A DNA stretch of 43,864 bases, from the IMG/VR virus record IMGVR_UViG_2711768005_000008, one strand, 5' to 3'. Below are positions 28,481 through 38,226 of this stretch, piece after piece. Source of the stretch: a virus (Duplodnaviria; Heunggongvirae; Uroviricota; Caudoviricetes). Numbering within the stretch: the first letter of the stretch is position 1; every line of letters starts with the position of its first letter. The notes under the pieces were generated by a model. The model searched no databases. It had not been told where the DNA came from and was given only the letters and a program-made list of their open reading frames with translations. The translations under genes and the position numbers were made by a program.

Positions 28481-29588
28481 ACTGTATATCGGTGGCAGTA
28501 TTTTTTCCGGCTGGCTGACGGTCAGCGTCCGTCGCTCGCTGGAGCATCTGGCCGGGTCGTTTGAACTGGGGCTGATGCTGCCCGGTGAGCGCATCCCCTC
28601 AGCCCTGCGAACCGGTCAGTCCCTGACGCTCAGAATTAACGGGCAGACGGTCATCAGTGGCTGGCTGGATCAGGTCAGTCAGCGGATCAGTGCAACCCGT
28701 CATCAGATCAGCATCAGCGGTCGGGATAAAACCGGCGACCTGGTGGACTGTGCCGCCATCCATCCCGGCAGCCAGTGGCGCAACCGGACGCTGGCACAGA
28801 TTGCCGCAGATTTATGTGCGCCCTTCGGGATAGCCGTGCGCTGGCAGGTTAACGACGACACGGCTGCACGCCCCTTCAGCTCTTTTACGCTGGAAAACTC
28901 AGAAACCGTGGCGGATGCGCTGACCCGTGCTGCCCGGCATCGCGGGGTGCTGGTGACCAGTAATGCTGACGGCGATCTGGTGTTCACCCAGGCAGGAAGC
29001 CAGCAGACGGACAGACTGGTGCTGGGAGATAACCTGCTTGATGCCGATTACAACACGGACTGGCGAGGACGATACAGCGAATACCGTGTCCGGGGACACG
29101 GGCGCGGTGGTGGCAAACGGGGAGACAGCGAATCCGCCGCCCGTCTGGCAGCACCTGTGGGCGTCATCAGTGATGAGCAGATCGGCCGCTACCGGTCGAA
29201 AATCATCCTCGCCGATCAACAGACAGACACCACCGGTGCACGGCAGCGTGCCCTGCGTGAAATGCGCCGTGCGATTGCCCGTTCAGAACGGTTTTCTGCC
29301 ACCGTGCGTGGCTGGTTCCGGGATGATGGCCGGTTATGGGATGTCAATCTGCTGACCGGTGTTTCAGCCCTGCGTTTCGGTATAGAACAGACTGAACTGC
29401 TGGTCTGTCAGGTGGAGTTTTTACTTGATGAACATAACGGGGAAGTCACCCGGCTGGTACTGGCACCGCGTGACGGCTTTATCGTTCCGGCAGAGCCGGA
29501 CAGTAAGGGCCGGGGTGGTTCCGGTGACGATGTTGATGCCTTTATTCGCCAGCAGATGAAAAAACAGGGGATCAGCTTTGATGAATGA
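28464..29588 (+). CDS. Baseplate hub / tail protein (Mu P gp44, P2 gpD-like)
   Basis: 374 aa, synteny. Confidence 0.6.
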   Translation: MSSRIELYIGGSIFSGWLTVSVRRSLEHLAGSFELGLMLPGERIPSALRTGQSLTLRINGQTVISGWLDQVSQRISATRHQISISGRDKTGDLVDCAAIHPGSQWRNRTLAQIAADLCAPFGIAVRWQVNDDTAARPFSSFTLENSETVADALTRAARHRGVLVTSNADGDLVFTQAGSQQTDRLVLGDNLLDADYNTDWRGRYSEYRVRGHGRGGGKRGDSESAARLAAPVGVISDEQIGRYRSKIILADQQTDTTGARQRALREMRRAIARSERFSATVRGWFRDDGRLWDVNLLTGVSALRFGIEQTELLVCQVEFLLDEHNGEVTRLVLAPRDGFIVPAEPDSKGRGGSGDDVDAFIRQQMKKQGISFDE

Positions 29589-30192
29589 TGAAGTGTTCAG
29601 CCGCCTGATTGCCCCGGTAACGCGCGGTATTCGCCTGTTGTTTGGCCGGGGCGTTCTGACCGGCACACATGACGAACTGAAAATGCAGAATGTGCAGCTC
29701 ACCGGCATGGACGGCGAAACCTTTGATGATGTGGAGCGTCCCCAGCAGTACGGGCAGATCAGCGTTCCCCTGCCGGGTGCGGAAACCTTTTTTGCCTGTC
29801 TGGGCGGACAGCGGGATCAGACTGTGGTGCTTGTGGTGGAAGACCGGCGCAGCCGCCCGACCGGACTCACAGCCGGAGATACGGGGGTGTATCACCATGA
29901 GGGGCACCGGATACGGTTAACAAAGGATGGTCGCATTATTGTGACATGCAAAATGCTGGAGATTTACGCCGATGAGGGGATGCGGGTGGATACGCCGGAG
30001 GCCACCTTTACGGGCAATGTGACGGTGGATAAAAACCTGCATGTTAAGGGTAATTTCGTGCTTGATGGTACAGGTAAATCAGACGGGCTGTTCACGATGT
30101 CTGATGCCGTTATTGCCGGGATCACCTATTCCGGCCATGTGCATCAGGATAACGGCAAAGGCAGTAAGACAGGAGCGCCGGAGAATGGCTGA
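29578..30192 (+). CDS. Baseplate spike protein (Mu gp45, gpV-like)
   Basis: 204 aa, synteny. Confidence 0.6.
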   Translation: MMNDEVFSRLIAPVTRGIRLLFGRGVLTGTHDELKMQNVQLTGMDGETFDDVERPQQYGQISVPLPGAETFFACLGGQRDQTVVLVVEDRRSRPTGLTAGDTGVYHHEGHRIRLTKDGRIIVTCKMLEIYADEGMRVDTPEATFTGNVTVDKNLHVKGNFVLDGTGKSDGLFTMSDAVIAGITYSGHVHQDNGKGSKTGAPENG

Positions 30193-30622
30193 TATTGCAA
30201 TTGTATGGGATCAGGGGTGCGGTTCGCTGCAACTGAACGGTGCCGACTTGCTGACGGATGACAGTCTGCTGACGGCCGTTCTGATTTCGCTGTTTACTGA
30301 CCGCCGGGCGCTGGCATCGGATGAAATCCCTGACGGTACGCGCGACCGCCGGGGATGGTGGGGAGACAGTTTTCGCCCGCGCCCCATTGGCTCCCGTCTG
30401 TGGCTTCTCAGCCGGGAAAAAACGCTGGCCTCGGTGATAAGCCGTGCCCGTGCTTACGCGGATGAGGCGCTGGGCTGGCTCAGTCAGGATGGCGTGGCGT
30501 CATCCGTGGTCTGTCATGCAGAACGTGTGGGACACGCGCGGCTGGCGCTTTCGGTGCGCATAACCCTGCCTGATGGTTCAGTGAGGCCCATGATTTTTTA
30601 TGCTGATCTTAAGGGGGAGTAA
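30185..30622 (+). CDS. Baseplate protein (Mu gp46, gpW/gp25-like)
   Basis: ATG 30185 overlaps the gp45 stop; 145 aa. Confidence 0.55.
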   Translation: MADIAIVWDQGCGSLQLNGADLLTDDSLLTAVLISLFTDRRALASDEIPDGTRDRRGWWGDSFRPRPIGSRLWLLSREKTLASVISRARAYADEALGWLSQDGVASSVVCHAERVGHARLALSVRITLPDGSVRPMIFYADLKGE

Positions 30623-31704
30623 TGCCTTATCAGCCTTTACCGCTGGCACAGTTAATCACGCAGACACAGCAGGATATCAGCCAGCGCCTGCCCGGCTCGC
30701 AGCCGGGTGTGAATGAAACCACCCTGAATGCCATTGCTTACGCTCAGGCAGGGTTATCTGCTCAGGAGCATGAGCATCTGGCCTGGATTGCGCGTCAGAT
30801 CATCCCGACCGAAGCCGATGAAGCCGAACTGCTGAAACACTGTGCATTCTGGGGCGTCATGCGTAAGCCTGCCTCTCGGGGGGACGGGCCGGTTCAGCTG
30901 ATGCTGACCACGGATGCGGGGATCAAGGAAGGTGTGCTTCTCCAGCGAAGTGATGGCGTGGTTTACCGTATCACCACCTCCCTGACCGGTAAGGCCGGTA
31001 CGCTGAATGTCAGTGTGGAAGCCGAAAGTGCCGGTCGTGCGGGGAATGCCCCGGCAGGGACAAAACTGACATTTATCACACCGCAGGCGGGGATCAACCA
31101 GACGGCCACGGTGACCGGAACGGGGATCACCGGTGGTGCGGATGTGGAAACCGTGCCGGAGCTGCTTTCCCGTCTGGTTTTCCGGGTGCAGAATCCACCG
31201 TCCGGCGGCACGCAGTATGATTTTGAACGCTGGGCGCGTGAAGTGCCGGGCGTGACGCGGGCATGGTGCCGCCCGGAATGGCCGCAGGCGGGCAGCGTGG
31301 GGGTAACGTTTGTTCAGGATAATAACCCGGATATTTTCCCCGGTGACGGTGATGTTCAGCGGGTGGCGGATTATATCCGCAGTCATGATGATCCGGCGAC
31401 CGGCCAGCCTGTCGGACAGCCTCTGGGGCCGACGGTGACCGTGTTTAAACTGACCAATAAGCCGGTGCCCTTCAGCATCAGGATCATCCCGAAAACACCG
31501 GAGAATCAGGCGGCCGTAAAACAGGCGCTGACCGACCTGTTGTATAACGAATCCCGGCCCGGCGGTCTGGTTCTGCCGTCGTCTTTCTGGCGGGCGGTGG
31601 CAGGGGTGAAAAATCTGGAGGATTTTGAAGTGCGCAGTCCGCTGACGTCAGTTCAGGCGGGAGACAGTGAGCTGCTGACGGTAGGAGAAATCACATGGCT
31701 GTAA
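30622..31704 (+). CDS. Baseplate J-like protein (Mu gp47)
   Basis: 360 aa, synteny. Confidence 0.65.
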   Translation: MPYQPLPLAQLITQTQQDISQRLPGSQPGVNETTLNAIAYAQAGLSAQEHEHLAWIARQIIPTEADEAELLKHCAFWGVMRKPASRGDGPVQLMLTTDAGIKEGVLLQRSDGVVYRITTSLTGKAGTLNVSVEAESAGRAGNAPAGTKLTFITPQAGINQTATVTGTGITGGADVETVPELLSRLVFRVQNPPSGGTQYDFERWAREVPGVTRAWCRPEWPQAGSVGVTFVQDNNPDIFPGDGDVQRVADYIRSHDDPATGQPVGQPLGPTVTVFKLTNKPVPFSIRIIPKTPENQAAVKQALTDLLYNESRPGGLVLPSSFWRAVAGVKNLEDFEVRSPLTSVQAGDSELLTVGEITWL

Positions 31705-32255
31705 CCCTGACCCCGCATCAGCGCGCCCTGTTGCAGTTACTGCCTGACGGGCTGGCATGGGACAAGCGTCCGTCATCCGTACTGGCATCATTATGTCTGG
31801 GCCTCAGTCATTCGACAGCGCGTGTATCCTGGACGGGTAAACAGCTGCTTGCCGAGCGTTTCCCTGACACGTCGCGCCTGCTGCTGGAAGACTGGGAGCG
31901 TTATCTCGGGCTTCCCGAGTGTGATATGGCCGGAGCCACCCTCACGGAGCGACAGCGTTATGCCGGAAATAAATACCGGATGAAGCCCTCGCTGAACCGT
32001 GAATTTTATATCCGGTTTGCGGCGGAGTTTGGTTATCAGATTGACATTCAGCCCTCACCGGATTCGCAGTGGGTCAGTATTGTCACGATTAACAGTGAAA
32101 CCGGCTACCGGAATATGAATGTGCTGGATGATATTCTCACGCCGCTGCGTATTTATGAAGGCGGTGCGCTGGAATGTATTCTGAACCGTTATAAGCCTGC
32201 ATGGCAGACGTTTATTTACGTTTATGCAAACAGCCATGAAGAGGAGACTATTTAA
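31695..32255 (+). CDS. Tail protein (Mu gp48, P2 gpI-like)
   Basis: 186 aa, synteny before the tail fibre. Confidence 0.55.
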   Translation: MAVTLTPHQRALLQLLPDGLAWDKRPSSVLASLCLGLSHSTARVSWTGKQLLAERFPDTSRLLLEDWERYLGLPECDMAGATLTERQRYAGNKYRMKPSLNREFYIRFAAEFGYQIDIQPSPDSQWVSIVTINSETGYRNMNVLDDILTPLRIYEGGALECILNRYKPAWQTFIYVYANSHEEETI

Positions 32256-33136
32256 TGTTTCATGTTGATAATAATTCCGGCGTGGCGAATATGCCTGCGC
32301 TGGCACCGGCGCAGAGTAATACCACCACCTGGTTTACCGAAGGTGACGGACAAAAAGGTATCAGCTGGATTGGTCAGGACTGGCTGAATATTCTCCAGGC
32401 CGAACTGCTGAATATTCTGGCTGAAGCCAGTATTCAGCCGGATAAGGCGCAGTTAAACCAGCTTACGCTGTCCATTAAAGCCATTATCGCTGCGAATGCC
32501 TTTTCCCGGAAAAATAACCTGAAAGAAATTGCTGATGCCGGTGCGGAGGCCCAGCGTCTGGCCCGTGGTTATCTTGGTCTGGGGACGCTTGCCACAAAAA
32601 ACAGTCTTGGTCCCGCTGACGTTAATGCCCTGGCGAAGGATCAGAATCTCGCCGACCTGGAGAATAAGGGAACCGCCCGTAATAATCTGGATGTTTACAG
32701 CAAAAGCGAAGGTGATAACCGTTACCTGCGCAGGGAGCAGAACGGCGCAGACATTCCGGATAAAGGGGCTTTTATCGATAACGTCGGTTTACGGGAAACG
32801 GTAAACAGGGCGGCGAATGCCCTGCCATCGGACGGCACCGCCGTTGCCGCGAACAGGCTGGCAAATGCCCACACAATTAATGGTGTTCCCTTTGACGGGA
32901 CGCAGGATATCACTATCTCATCAGGAACAGTAACCGCCATAAGACTGGGGTCGGTGACCGCACATATGCCCGGAACATGGGAAAGCTGGGATCTGAATCT
33001 GGGGGGCGGCAATGTTCTTACCGGAATTAAAGTACAGGATGTCGGTAAGAATACGGCAGATAACGTCGGCGGCGTGTATTACCGGCCGTTGCAGTATCTG
33101 TTAAATGGAGCATGGGTGACGGCTGCAAGTATATAA
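32255..33136 (+). CDS. S: Tail fibre protein S (constant part plus variable C-terminus Sv from 32798)
   Basis: [13 protein letters not shown] motif; the gene is crossed by the left gix-like site at 32772-32797. Confidence 0.8.
   Translation: MFHVDNNSGVANMPALAPAQSNTTTWFTEGDGQKGISWIGQDWLNILQAELLNILAEASIQPDKAQLNQLTLSIKAIIAANAFSRKNNLKEIADAGAEAQRLARGYLGLGTLATKNSLGPADVNALAKDQNLADLENKGTARNNLDVYSKSEGDNRYLRREQNGADIPDKGAFIDNVGLRETVNRAANALPSDGTAVAANRLANAHTINGVPFDGTQDITISSGTVTAIRLGSVTAHMPGTWESWDLNLGGGNVLTGIKVQDVGKNTADNVGGVYYRPLQYLLNGAWVTAASI
32772..32797 (+). promoter_or_regulatory. Left inversion crossover site (gix/hix-like 26 bp): TTATCGATAACGTCGGTTTACGGGAA
   Basis: Matches the gix/hix half-site pattern from memory; inner half TCGGTTTACGGGAA is identical in the right-hand site. 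Confidence 0.6.
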
Positions 33137-33167
33137 TGATATTCAGAAGGCCTTCCGGCCTTCTTTA

Positions 33168-33689
33168 TTACTGTGGCTGCTCAGGCCATTTAATGGCGTT
33201 AAATTCAGCTTCTGTTTTAATGGCGGGTAGTTCCATTTTCTTCACCTGACTGATGTATGCCATCCATTGGGTAAGTGCTGCTCTGTCTTCATCGCTGATG
33301 GTGCCCAGTTGTAGCTCCGTTCTCCAGTCATTAATTTTTTCATATGCCTGATTAAGATATGACTGGCGCATTGCTTCCAGTTTTCTTGCGTAGTTAACCG
33401 GAATACGGGAGATTATGCCATTATCAAACTTCCAGTTTCCTGAAATATCCGTGCCTTCAGGGAGTTCATCGACCTCAACCACAGAAAACCCCGCAGGATA
33501 CAGCGCCGAGGCGTCCTGTGATATTGAGCAGATAACGCCGCTGTCAGGTGTTATGCAAAGTTTATATTTTTTGGTGAATAATGGCAGGGATTCGTAGAAA
33601 TCCTTACCATCTTCACTCTGGAAATACTGAACATTATTACCATATGGCATATTTTCAGGATAATAACGGGTTATATTTTTTAGTTCCAT
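33168..33689 (-). CDS. Tail fibre assembly protein U' (for the alternative fibre orientation)
   Basis: 173 aa on the minus strand inside the invertible segment, AGGAGG RBS, downstream of the Sv' cassette. Confidence 0.7.
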   Translation of the reverse strand: MELKNITRYYPENMPYGNNVQYFQSEDGKDFYESLPLFTKKYKLCITPDSGVICSISQDASALYPAGFSVVEVDELPEGTDISGNWKFDNGIISRIPVNYARKLEAMRQSYLNQAYEKINDWRTELQLGTISDEDRAALTQWMAYISQVKKMELPAIKTEAEFNAIKWPEQPQ

Positions 33690-33776
33690 AAAATCCTCCT
33701 GGAAATAAATCTGTTTTAAAATATATTATTTACTGACTATTTATAACTGAGATACCGTAATCCATGTACCTCCGAC

Positions 33777-34088
33777 TAATTTTTGCAGGGGTCTGAATGC
33801 TATAAAATCGTTTGAAGCATCAACTTTACTGTCAATCTGCAGGCCTGCCATAACATTACCGTACGCAGAGTAATATGCCCCACCGTACATTACCTGCCTG
33901 TTCTCTGCTCCCAGCCTGATATCCTGGATATATCGGGAATCCGCATCCTGCTGTGTTATACCAGAAGTGATGTTTATGTCCTGCGTCCCGTCAAAGGGAA
34001 CCCCATTAATATTTCTTGGGGTGGCGAGTCTATTCGCGGCAACGGCGGTGCCGTCCGATGGCAGAGCATTCGCCGCCCTGTTTACCGT
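33777..34088 (-). other. Sv' - alternative tail-fibre C-terminal coding cassette without its own start, joined to S upon inversion
   Basis: Minus-strand frame continuous from the right gix site: [47 protein letters not shown]...FIAFRPLQN, stop at 33777-33779. Confidence 0.65.
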
Positions 34089-34114
34089 TTCCCGTAAACC
34101 GAGGTTTTCAGGAA
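34089..34114 (-). promoter_or_regulatory. Right inversion crossover site (reverse complement TTCCTGAAAACCTCGGTTTACGGGAA)
   Basis: Outer half TTCCTGAAAACC nearly matches the gix/hix consensus half-site as I recall it. Confidence 0.65.
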
Positions 34115-34179
34115 AGCCAGGATTAACTCTGTTTTATTCCTCATGCGACAATTCCGGCTTTTTATAATAAGGAAATCGT

Positions 34180-34752
34180 ATGCTGATTGGGTATATCAGG
34201 GTGTCAACAAATGACCAGAATACGGCGCTACAAAGAAATGCGCTGGAATGTGCAGGATGTGAGCTGTTTTTCGAAGACAGAATAAGCGGTAAGACAAGGG
34301 AGCGTCCCGGACTTAAACGCGCATTAAAGCGACTCCGGCCAGGGGATACCCTGCTGGTCTGGAAACTGGATCGCCTTGGACGCAGTATGCAGCACCTTGT
34401 CCTTTTAACAGAAGAACTCCGGCAACGCGGCGTTAACTTCCGCAGCATTACGGACAATATTGATACATCCACTCCCATGGGACGTTTCTTTTTCCATATA
34501 ATGGGCGCGCTGGCGGAAATGGAGCGGGAACTCATTATTGAACGTACACGCGCGGGTCTTGCTGCTGCCCGTGCTCAGGGGCGTCATGGCGGCAGACCTC
34601 AGAAACTGACAGAGAAAGAGCGGGAGCAAATCGCCCGTTTGCTGGCTAATGGCGAGTCCCGTAAACAAATCGCACTGATATTTGATATTGGCCTTTCCAC
34701 CCTTTATCGTTATTTTCCTGCCTCACCAGCTCCGTCACCAAAAGTACCGTGA
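34180..34752 (+). CDS. gin: Serine DNA invertase (Gin/Hin/Cin/Pin family)
   Basis: MLIGYIRVSTNDQNT...LLVWKLDRLGRS...C-terminal HTH GESRKQIALIFDIGLSTLYRY; classic resolvase/invertase N-terminal catalytic motif. Confidence 0.9.
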   Translation: MLIGYIRVSTNDQNTALQRNALECAGCELFFEDRISGKTRERPGLKRALKRLRPGDTLLVWKLDRLGRSMQHLVLLTEELRQRGVNFRSITDNIDTSTPMGRFFFHIMGALAEMERELIIERTRAGLAAARAQGRHGGRPQKLTEKEREQIARLLANGESRKQIALIFDIGLSTLYRYFPASPAPSPKVP

Positions 34753-34837
34753 CGCTTTTTTGAATTTCCGCAAAACACATATTTTTCAGCGGTCGCTATT
34801 CTGACTCTGTTTAATTCAGAAACAGGCAGAAAAGACG

Positions 34838-36892
34838 ATGTCAGACTCCAAGTGGAAAATGCTCTCCGCCATGCCCGGAGAGTTTTCAGTCAAGGTTGCC
34901 GGTGGCACGGTGGCATTTATTGAAAGCCCTTTCCGCCCTTCGGGTAATAAAGGGGGGATCACCTTCGCAGACTGCGTGATCCGCTTCAGCACGAAAGAGC
35001 CATTATGGGTAATGCCGGTATCCGGTAATCCCAGTGCAGAAATCACCAGTTCAGGCGTGACTGGCATCATTCCAATCACATCTGACGTGGCCGGAACGCT
35101 CACGCCCTCCGACTGGAATGCACCGGATAACGCCGGGCCTTCCGGTAGCACGAATGGCAGCAGTTCAGAGCCGGAATATTACTTTGTTGTCATTCTCGCG
35201 GGTCAGTCAAATGGCATGGCCTACGGCGAGGGGCTGCCGTTACCGGATTCGTTTGACCGCCCGGACCCACGCATTAAGCAACTGGCACGCCGCAGTACGG
35301 TAACGCCCAACGGTACGTCGTGTACATACAACGACATCATTCCGGCAGACCACTGCCTGCATGATGTTCAGGATATGAGCGGGATAAACCACCCGAAAGC
35401 TGATCTGGCAAAAGGCCAGTACGGGACTGTCGGTCAGGGGTTGCATATTGCCAAAAAACTGCTTCCCTATATCCCACAGAATGCCGGGATACTTCTGGTG
35501 CCCTGTTGTCGTGGCGGGTCAGCATTCACCACTGGAGCCGACGGCTCATTCAGTGAGGCCAGCGGTGCTTCCGCTGATTCTTCACGCTGGGGGGCCGGTA
35601 AACCTCTGTATCAGGACCTGGTAAGCCGCACCAAAGTCGCGCTGGCGAAAAACCCGAAAAACAAACTTCTGGCTGTGGTCTGGATGCAGGGAGAGGCAGA
35701 CCTTGCCTCAGGAAGCCAGCAGCATAATAGTTTATTCACGGCCATGGTTCAGCAGTTCAGAACTGACCTGGCTCCGCTTGCTGCGCAGTGCGTGAGTGGA
35801 AATGCCACCACGGTGCCGTGGATTTGCGGTGATACCACGTATTACTGGAAAAACGCTGGCACCGATAAATATGAGGCAGTATACGGTGGCTACAAAGGCA
35901 AGGAAGCACAGAAAATTTTCTTTGTACCGTTCCTGACGGATGAGAATGGACAGAGCACGCCAACGAATGCTCCGGCGGAAGACCCGGATATTGTGGCTGT
36001 CGGGTATTACGGTGCAGCATCCCGAACCCAGGGCAGTTTTGTTTCGACACAGCGTGACAGCCATTTCAGCTCATGGGCACGCAGGGGCGTCATTTCAGAC
36101 CGTCTGGCCTCAGCTATTATGCTCCATGCAGGGCGCACGGCTGAACTGATGCGTGGGCAGACCGTGACACCACCGGATGAGAAGCCGTCACCTGATACAC
36201 CATCAAAACCGTCCACGCCACCCGCAGACACCACGACGATGAGTACGCTATTTGCTTACCGGGCATCTGAGTCTGAAGGACGGTTGACACCACAGGGTTG
36301 GGCTGCCGGAGGTGGCAAGGCTCAAATCGTGGATGATGCCGGAGCCAGCGGGGGTAAGGCAATGAAACTGACCAAGGAAACAGGAAGAGCCCCCTGGTAC
36401 CTTGAGCATGATGCTGGTAATGGTGCGGACCTGCTGGGTAAAGGTGGTCTTGTCAGTTGTCGTTTTAAACTCGATGGCGCGCTTACGGCTAATCAGTACG
36501 CACTGGCGCTGTACTGGCCGGTTTCTGCCCTGCCGCAAGGGGTTACTCTGGAAGGAAATGCCGGTCATAACCTGCTGGCATCGTTCTACGTACAGAGCGA
36601 TGCCACAGACCTTAACGTGATGTATCACAAAGGAAACACGGCGCAGAACACGAAGCTGGGGTCATTCGGCGCATTTAATAACGAATGGCATACGCTGGGC
36701 TTCCGTTTTGCCGGTAACAACAGTATTGAGGTGACGCCGGTCATTGATGGTAAGGACGGGACACCATTCATGCTGTCGCAGTCTCCGGTCGGCACGTTTA
36801 CGGCAGACAAGTTGCGCGTGACCGATATCACTAAAAATGCGACTTACCCGGTACTGATTGACAGTATCGTGGTGGAAGTGAATAACGCGTAA
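34838..36892 (+). CDS. SASA/SGNH-hydrolase-family carbohydrate esterase (sialate O-acetylesterase-like, NanS-p-like) with N- and C-terminal extra domains
   Basis: GQSNGMAYG nucleophile motif (residue ~125), VVWMQGEADL block, later DSH; 684 aa; sits between gin and com/mom, where Mu has no gene. Confidence 0.6.
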   Translation: MSDSKWKMLSAMPGEFSVKVAGGTVAFIESPFRPSGNKGGITFADCVIRFSTKEPLWVMPVSGNPSAEITSSGVTGIIPITSDVAGTLTPSDWNAPDNAGPSGSTNGSSSEPEYYFVVILAGQSNGMAYGEGLPLPDSFDRPDPRIKQLARRSTVTPNGTSCTYNDIIPADHCLHDVQDMSGINHPKADLAKGQYGTVGQGLHIAKKLLPYIPQNAGILLVPCCRGGSAFTTGADGSFSEASGASADSSRWGAGKPLYQDLVSRTKVALAKNPKNKLLAVVWMQGEADLASGSQQHNSLFTAMVQQFRTDLAPLAAQCVSGNATTVPWICGDTTYYWKNAGTDKYEAVYGGYKGKEAQKIFFVPFLTDENGQSTPTNAPAEDPDIVAVGYYGAASRTQGSFVSTQRDSHFSSWARRGVISDRLASAIMLHAGRTAELMRGQTVTPPDEKPSPDTPSKPSTPPADTTTMSTLFAYRASESEGRLTPQGWAAGGGKAQIVDDAGASGGKAMKLTKETGRAPWYLEHDAGNGADLLGKGGLVSCRFKLDGALTANQYALALYWPVSALPQGVTLEGNAGHNLLASFYVQSDATDLNVMYHKGNTAQNTKLGSFGAFNNEWHTLGFRFAGNNSIEVTPVIDGKDGTPFMLSQSPVGTFTADKLRVTDITKNATYPVLIDSIVVEVNNA

Positions 36893-36907
36893 GCAGGATA
36901 AAAAAAT

Positions 36908-36940
36908 GCCGCCGGTAAGGGAAAACAAGAAACCGGCGGC
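36908..36940 (-). terminator. Stem-loop GCCGCCGGT-N15-ACCGGCGGC, with T-run on the minus strand (A-run upstream on plus)
   Basis: Perfect 9-bp stem; likely terminates minus-strand transcription and possibly the esterase transcript. Confidence 0.4.
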
Positions 36941-37024
36941 AAAAAGATCGTTATATCCAAAGCAAAAAATGCAGTGCACCTTTTTACCTAACAGATATTA
37001 CCGGTGTCAACACCATGTCAATAA

Positions 37025-37219
37025 TTGGGAGGGATAATGACATTTTTACAGCTTATTTTATTGTATTTCTGCACGGCAGTATGTGCGTTATATCTGGTGA
37101 GTGGTGGTTATAAGGCCATCAGAAATTATGTTCGCCGCAAAATTGAGGACGCAGCAGCTGAAAAACTCAGTAAAACAGCGCAGGTAACTCCGCTCCCAAA
37201 AGACCCGACCCAGCCCTGA
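37025..37219 (+). CDS. hypothetical small membrane protein
   Basis: Hydrophobic N-terminus FLQLILLYFCTAVCALYLV. Confidence 0.3.
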   Translation: MGGIMTFLQLILLYFCTAVCALYLVSGGYKAIRNYVRRKIEDAAAEKLSKTAQVTPLPKDPTQP

Positions 37220-37254
37220 TTGCAGGGCTTTATTCCCGCATAAGGAGGATATAC

Positions 37255-37509
37255 ATGCCAGAAATTAAAGGCACCGTCACTGAAGACCTGGTAAAACAGG
37301 CACTGTATTCCGGTGAAGTAAATAAGTTGCTGAAAGCGCAGGTCCGCAAGGATTTTGAGGCACAAATCGACACTTACGTTGATGAAGTGCTGGCAAAACT
37401 TATTGGGCCAGCAGTTGCGGCCAGTGATGCTGATAATGAGCCGAAAACCGACGCGCAGCCAGAGCAACCAGACCCGGCTCAGCCCGGAACTGACAGTACC
37501 ATGATGTAA
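37255..37509 (+). CDS. hypothetical protein, acidic/proline-rich C-terminus
   Basis: ORF with AGGAGG RBS. Confidence 0.4.
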   Translation: MPEIKGTVTEDLVKQALYSGEVNKLLKAQVRKDFEAQIDTYVDEVLAKLIGPAVAASDADNEPKTDAQPEQPDPAQPGTDSTMM

Positions 37510-37676
37510 CAATACAAACCGGTGGTGTCCTCTGCCGGTTTGACACTAATGAAAACATCTTTGCCGCTATCCAGCCATATGTAATCGCTGGATAGTATTT
37601 CGTATTCAGAAATATAGCTGCTTATGGAGCAGTCAATCCTGCTTCCCCATCCGGGCAGGCAAATGAACCGGTATCA

Positions 37677-37970
37677 TTAGTCCGATTCACGCTTTTGTAG
37701 AATCGTTCCCAGAATGCTATACAGCTCATTAGCCTGTTGCTCCATCATTGAGACGGAGGCTATACGGTGCAAAGTGATTTCAGGAGGTGGCACACCTCCA
37801 TCTTCTTGCTGTGGAGGAAAAACATAAGATTTAATAAAAAAGTTGAAGCATATGAACTCTCCCGCACTCGAACTGTATTTGCAGGCATCTGAATAATCGG
37901 AAAAATAATCATTATAGATTTCCGCATTTTCAATCATTTTTCGATTTCTCGTCGTTACATGATTGTCCAT
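37677..37970 (-). CDS. hypothetical protein (minus strand, AT-rich - likely horizontally acquired)
   Basis: 97-aa ORF, lower GC than the surrounding phage genes. Confidence 0.35.
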   Translation of the reverse strand: MDNHVTTRNRKMIENAEIYNDYFSDYSDACKYSSSAGEFICFNFFIKSYVFPPQQEDGGVPPPEITLHRIASVSMMEQQANELYSILGTILQKRESD

Positions 37971-38093
37971 AGCAGCCTCTTACGCTGGCAATTAACCAAT
38001 TGACTTCTATAAATTAGTTGATTTGTTTGCTTTGCGGTATTCAAATGTACAATCATTCAGCACTTATGCGTTACAGCACCGTTTAAAATTAGT

Positions 38094-38179
38094 GATCAAA
38101 CTCATAAATTTTCGCTAATGACATTTCGTGTTATTTGTTGTATCAATTAAATAAATCAAATCGATCGTTTTTGTCGATC
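38094..38179. promoter_or_regulatory. Cluster of three GATC (Dam) sites upstream of com/mom (38094-38097, 38163-38166, 38176-38179)
   Basis: Resembles the Dam/OxyR-controlled mom promoter region of Mu. Confidence 0.4.
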
Positions 38180-38226
38180 GATTGAGTGATAAAGATATCA
38201 ACAACAAAGCAGGAGGTTATGCGGCC

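Larger units (their letters stand above)
32772..34114. other. Gin-invertible tail-fibre segment (G-segment-like, 1.34 kb): Sv(+), U'(-), Sv'(-)
   Basis: Bounded by inverted gix-like sites with ~75 bp of adjacent inverted homology (both ends encode [26 protein letters not shown]); gin lies immediately to the right. Confidence 0.7.

Noticed and set aside
33967-34167. Plus-strand 66-aa ORF at the right edge of the invertible segment
   Set aside because: It is the antisense shadow of the Sv' tail-fibre cassette and crosses the gix-like site.
34180-34752. Considered whether the serine recombinase is the prophage integrase
   Set aside because: It is small (190 aa) with a C-terminal HTH and sits next to gix-like inverted sites, i.e. 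an invertase. Mu-like phages integrate by DDE transposition (A/B), and no tyrosine or large serine integrase is present in the window.
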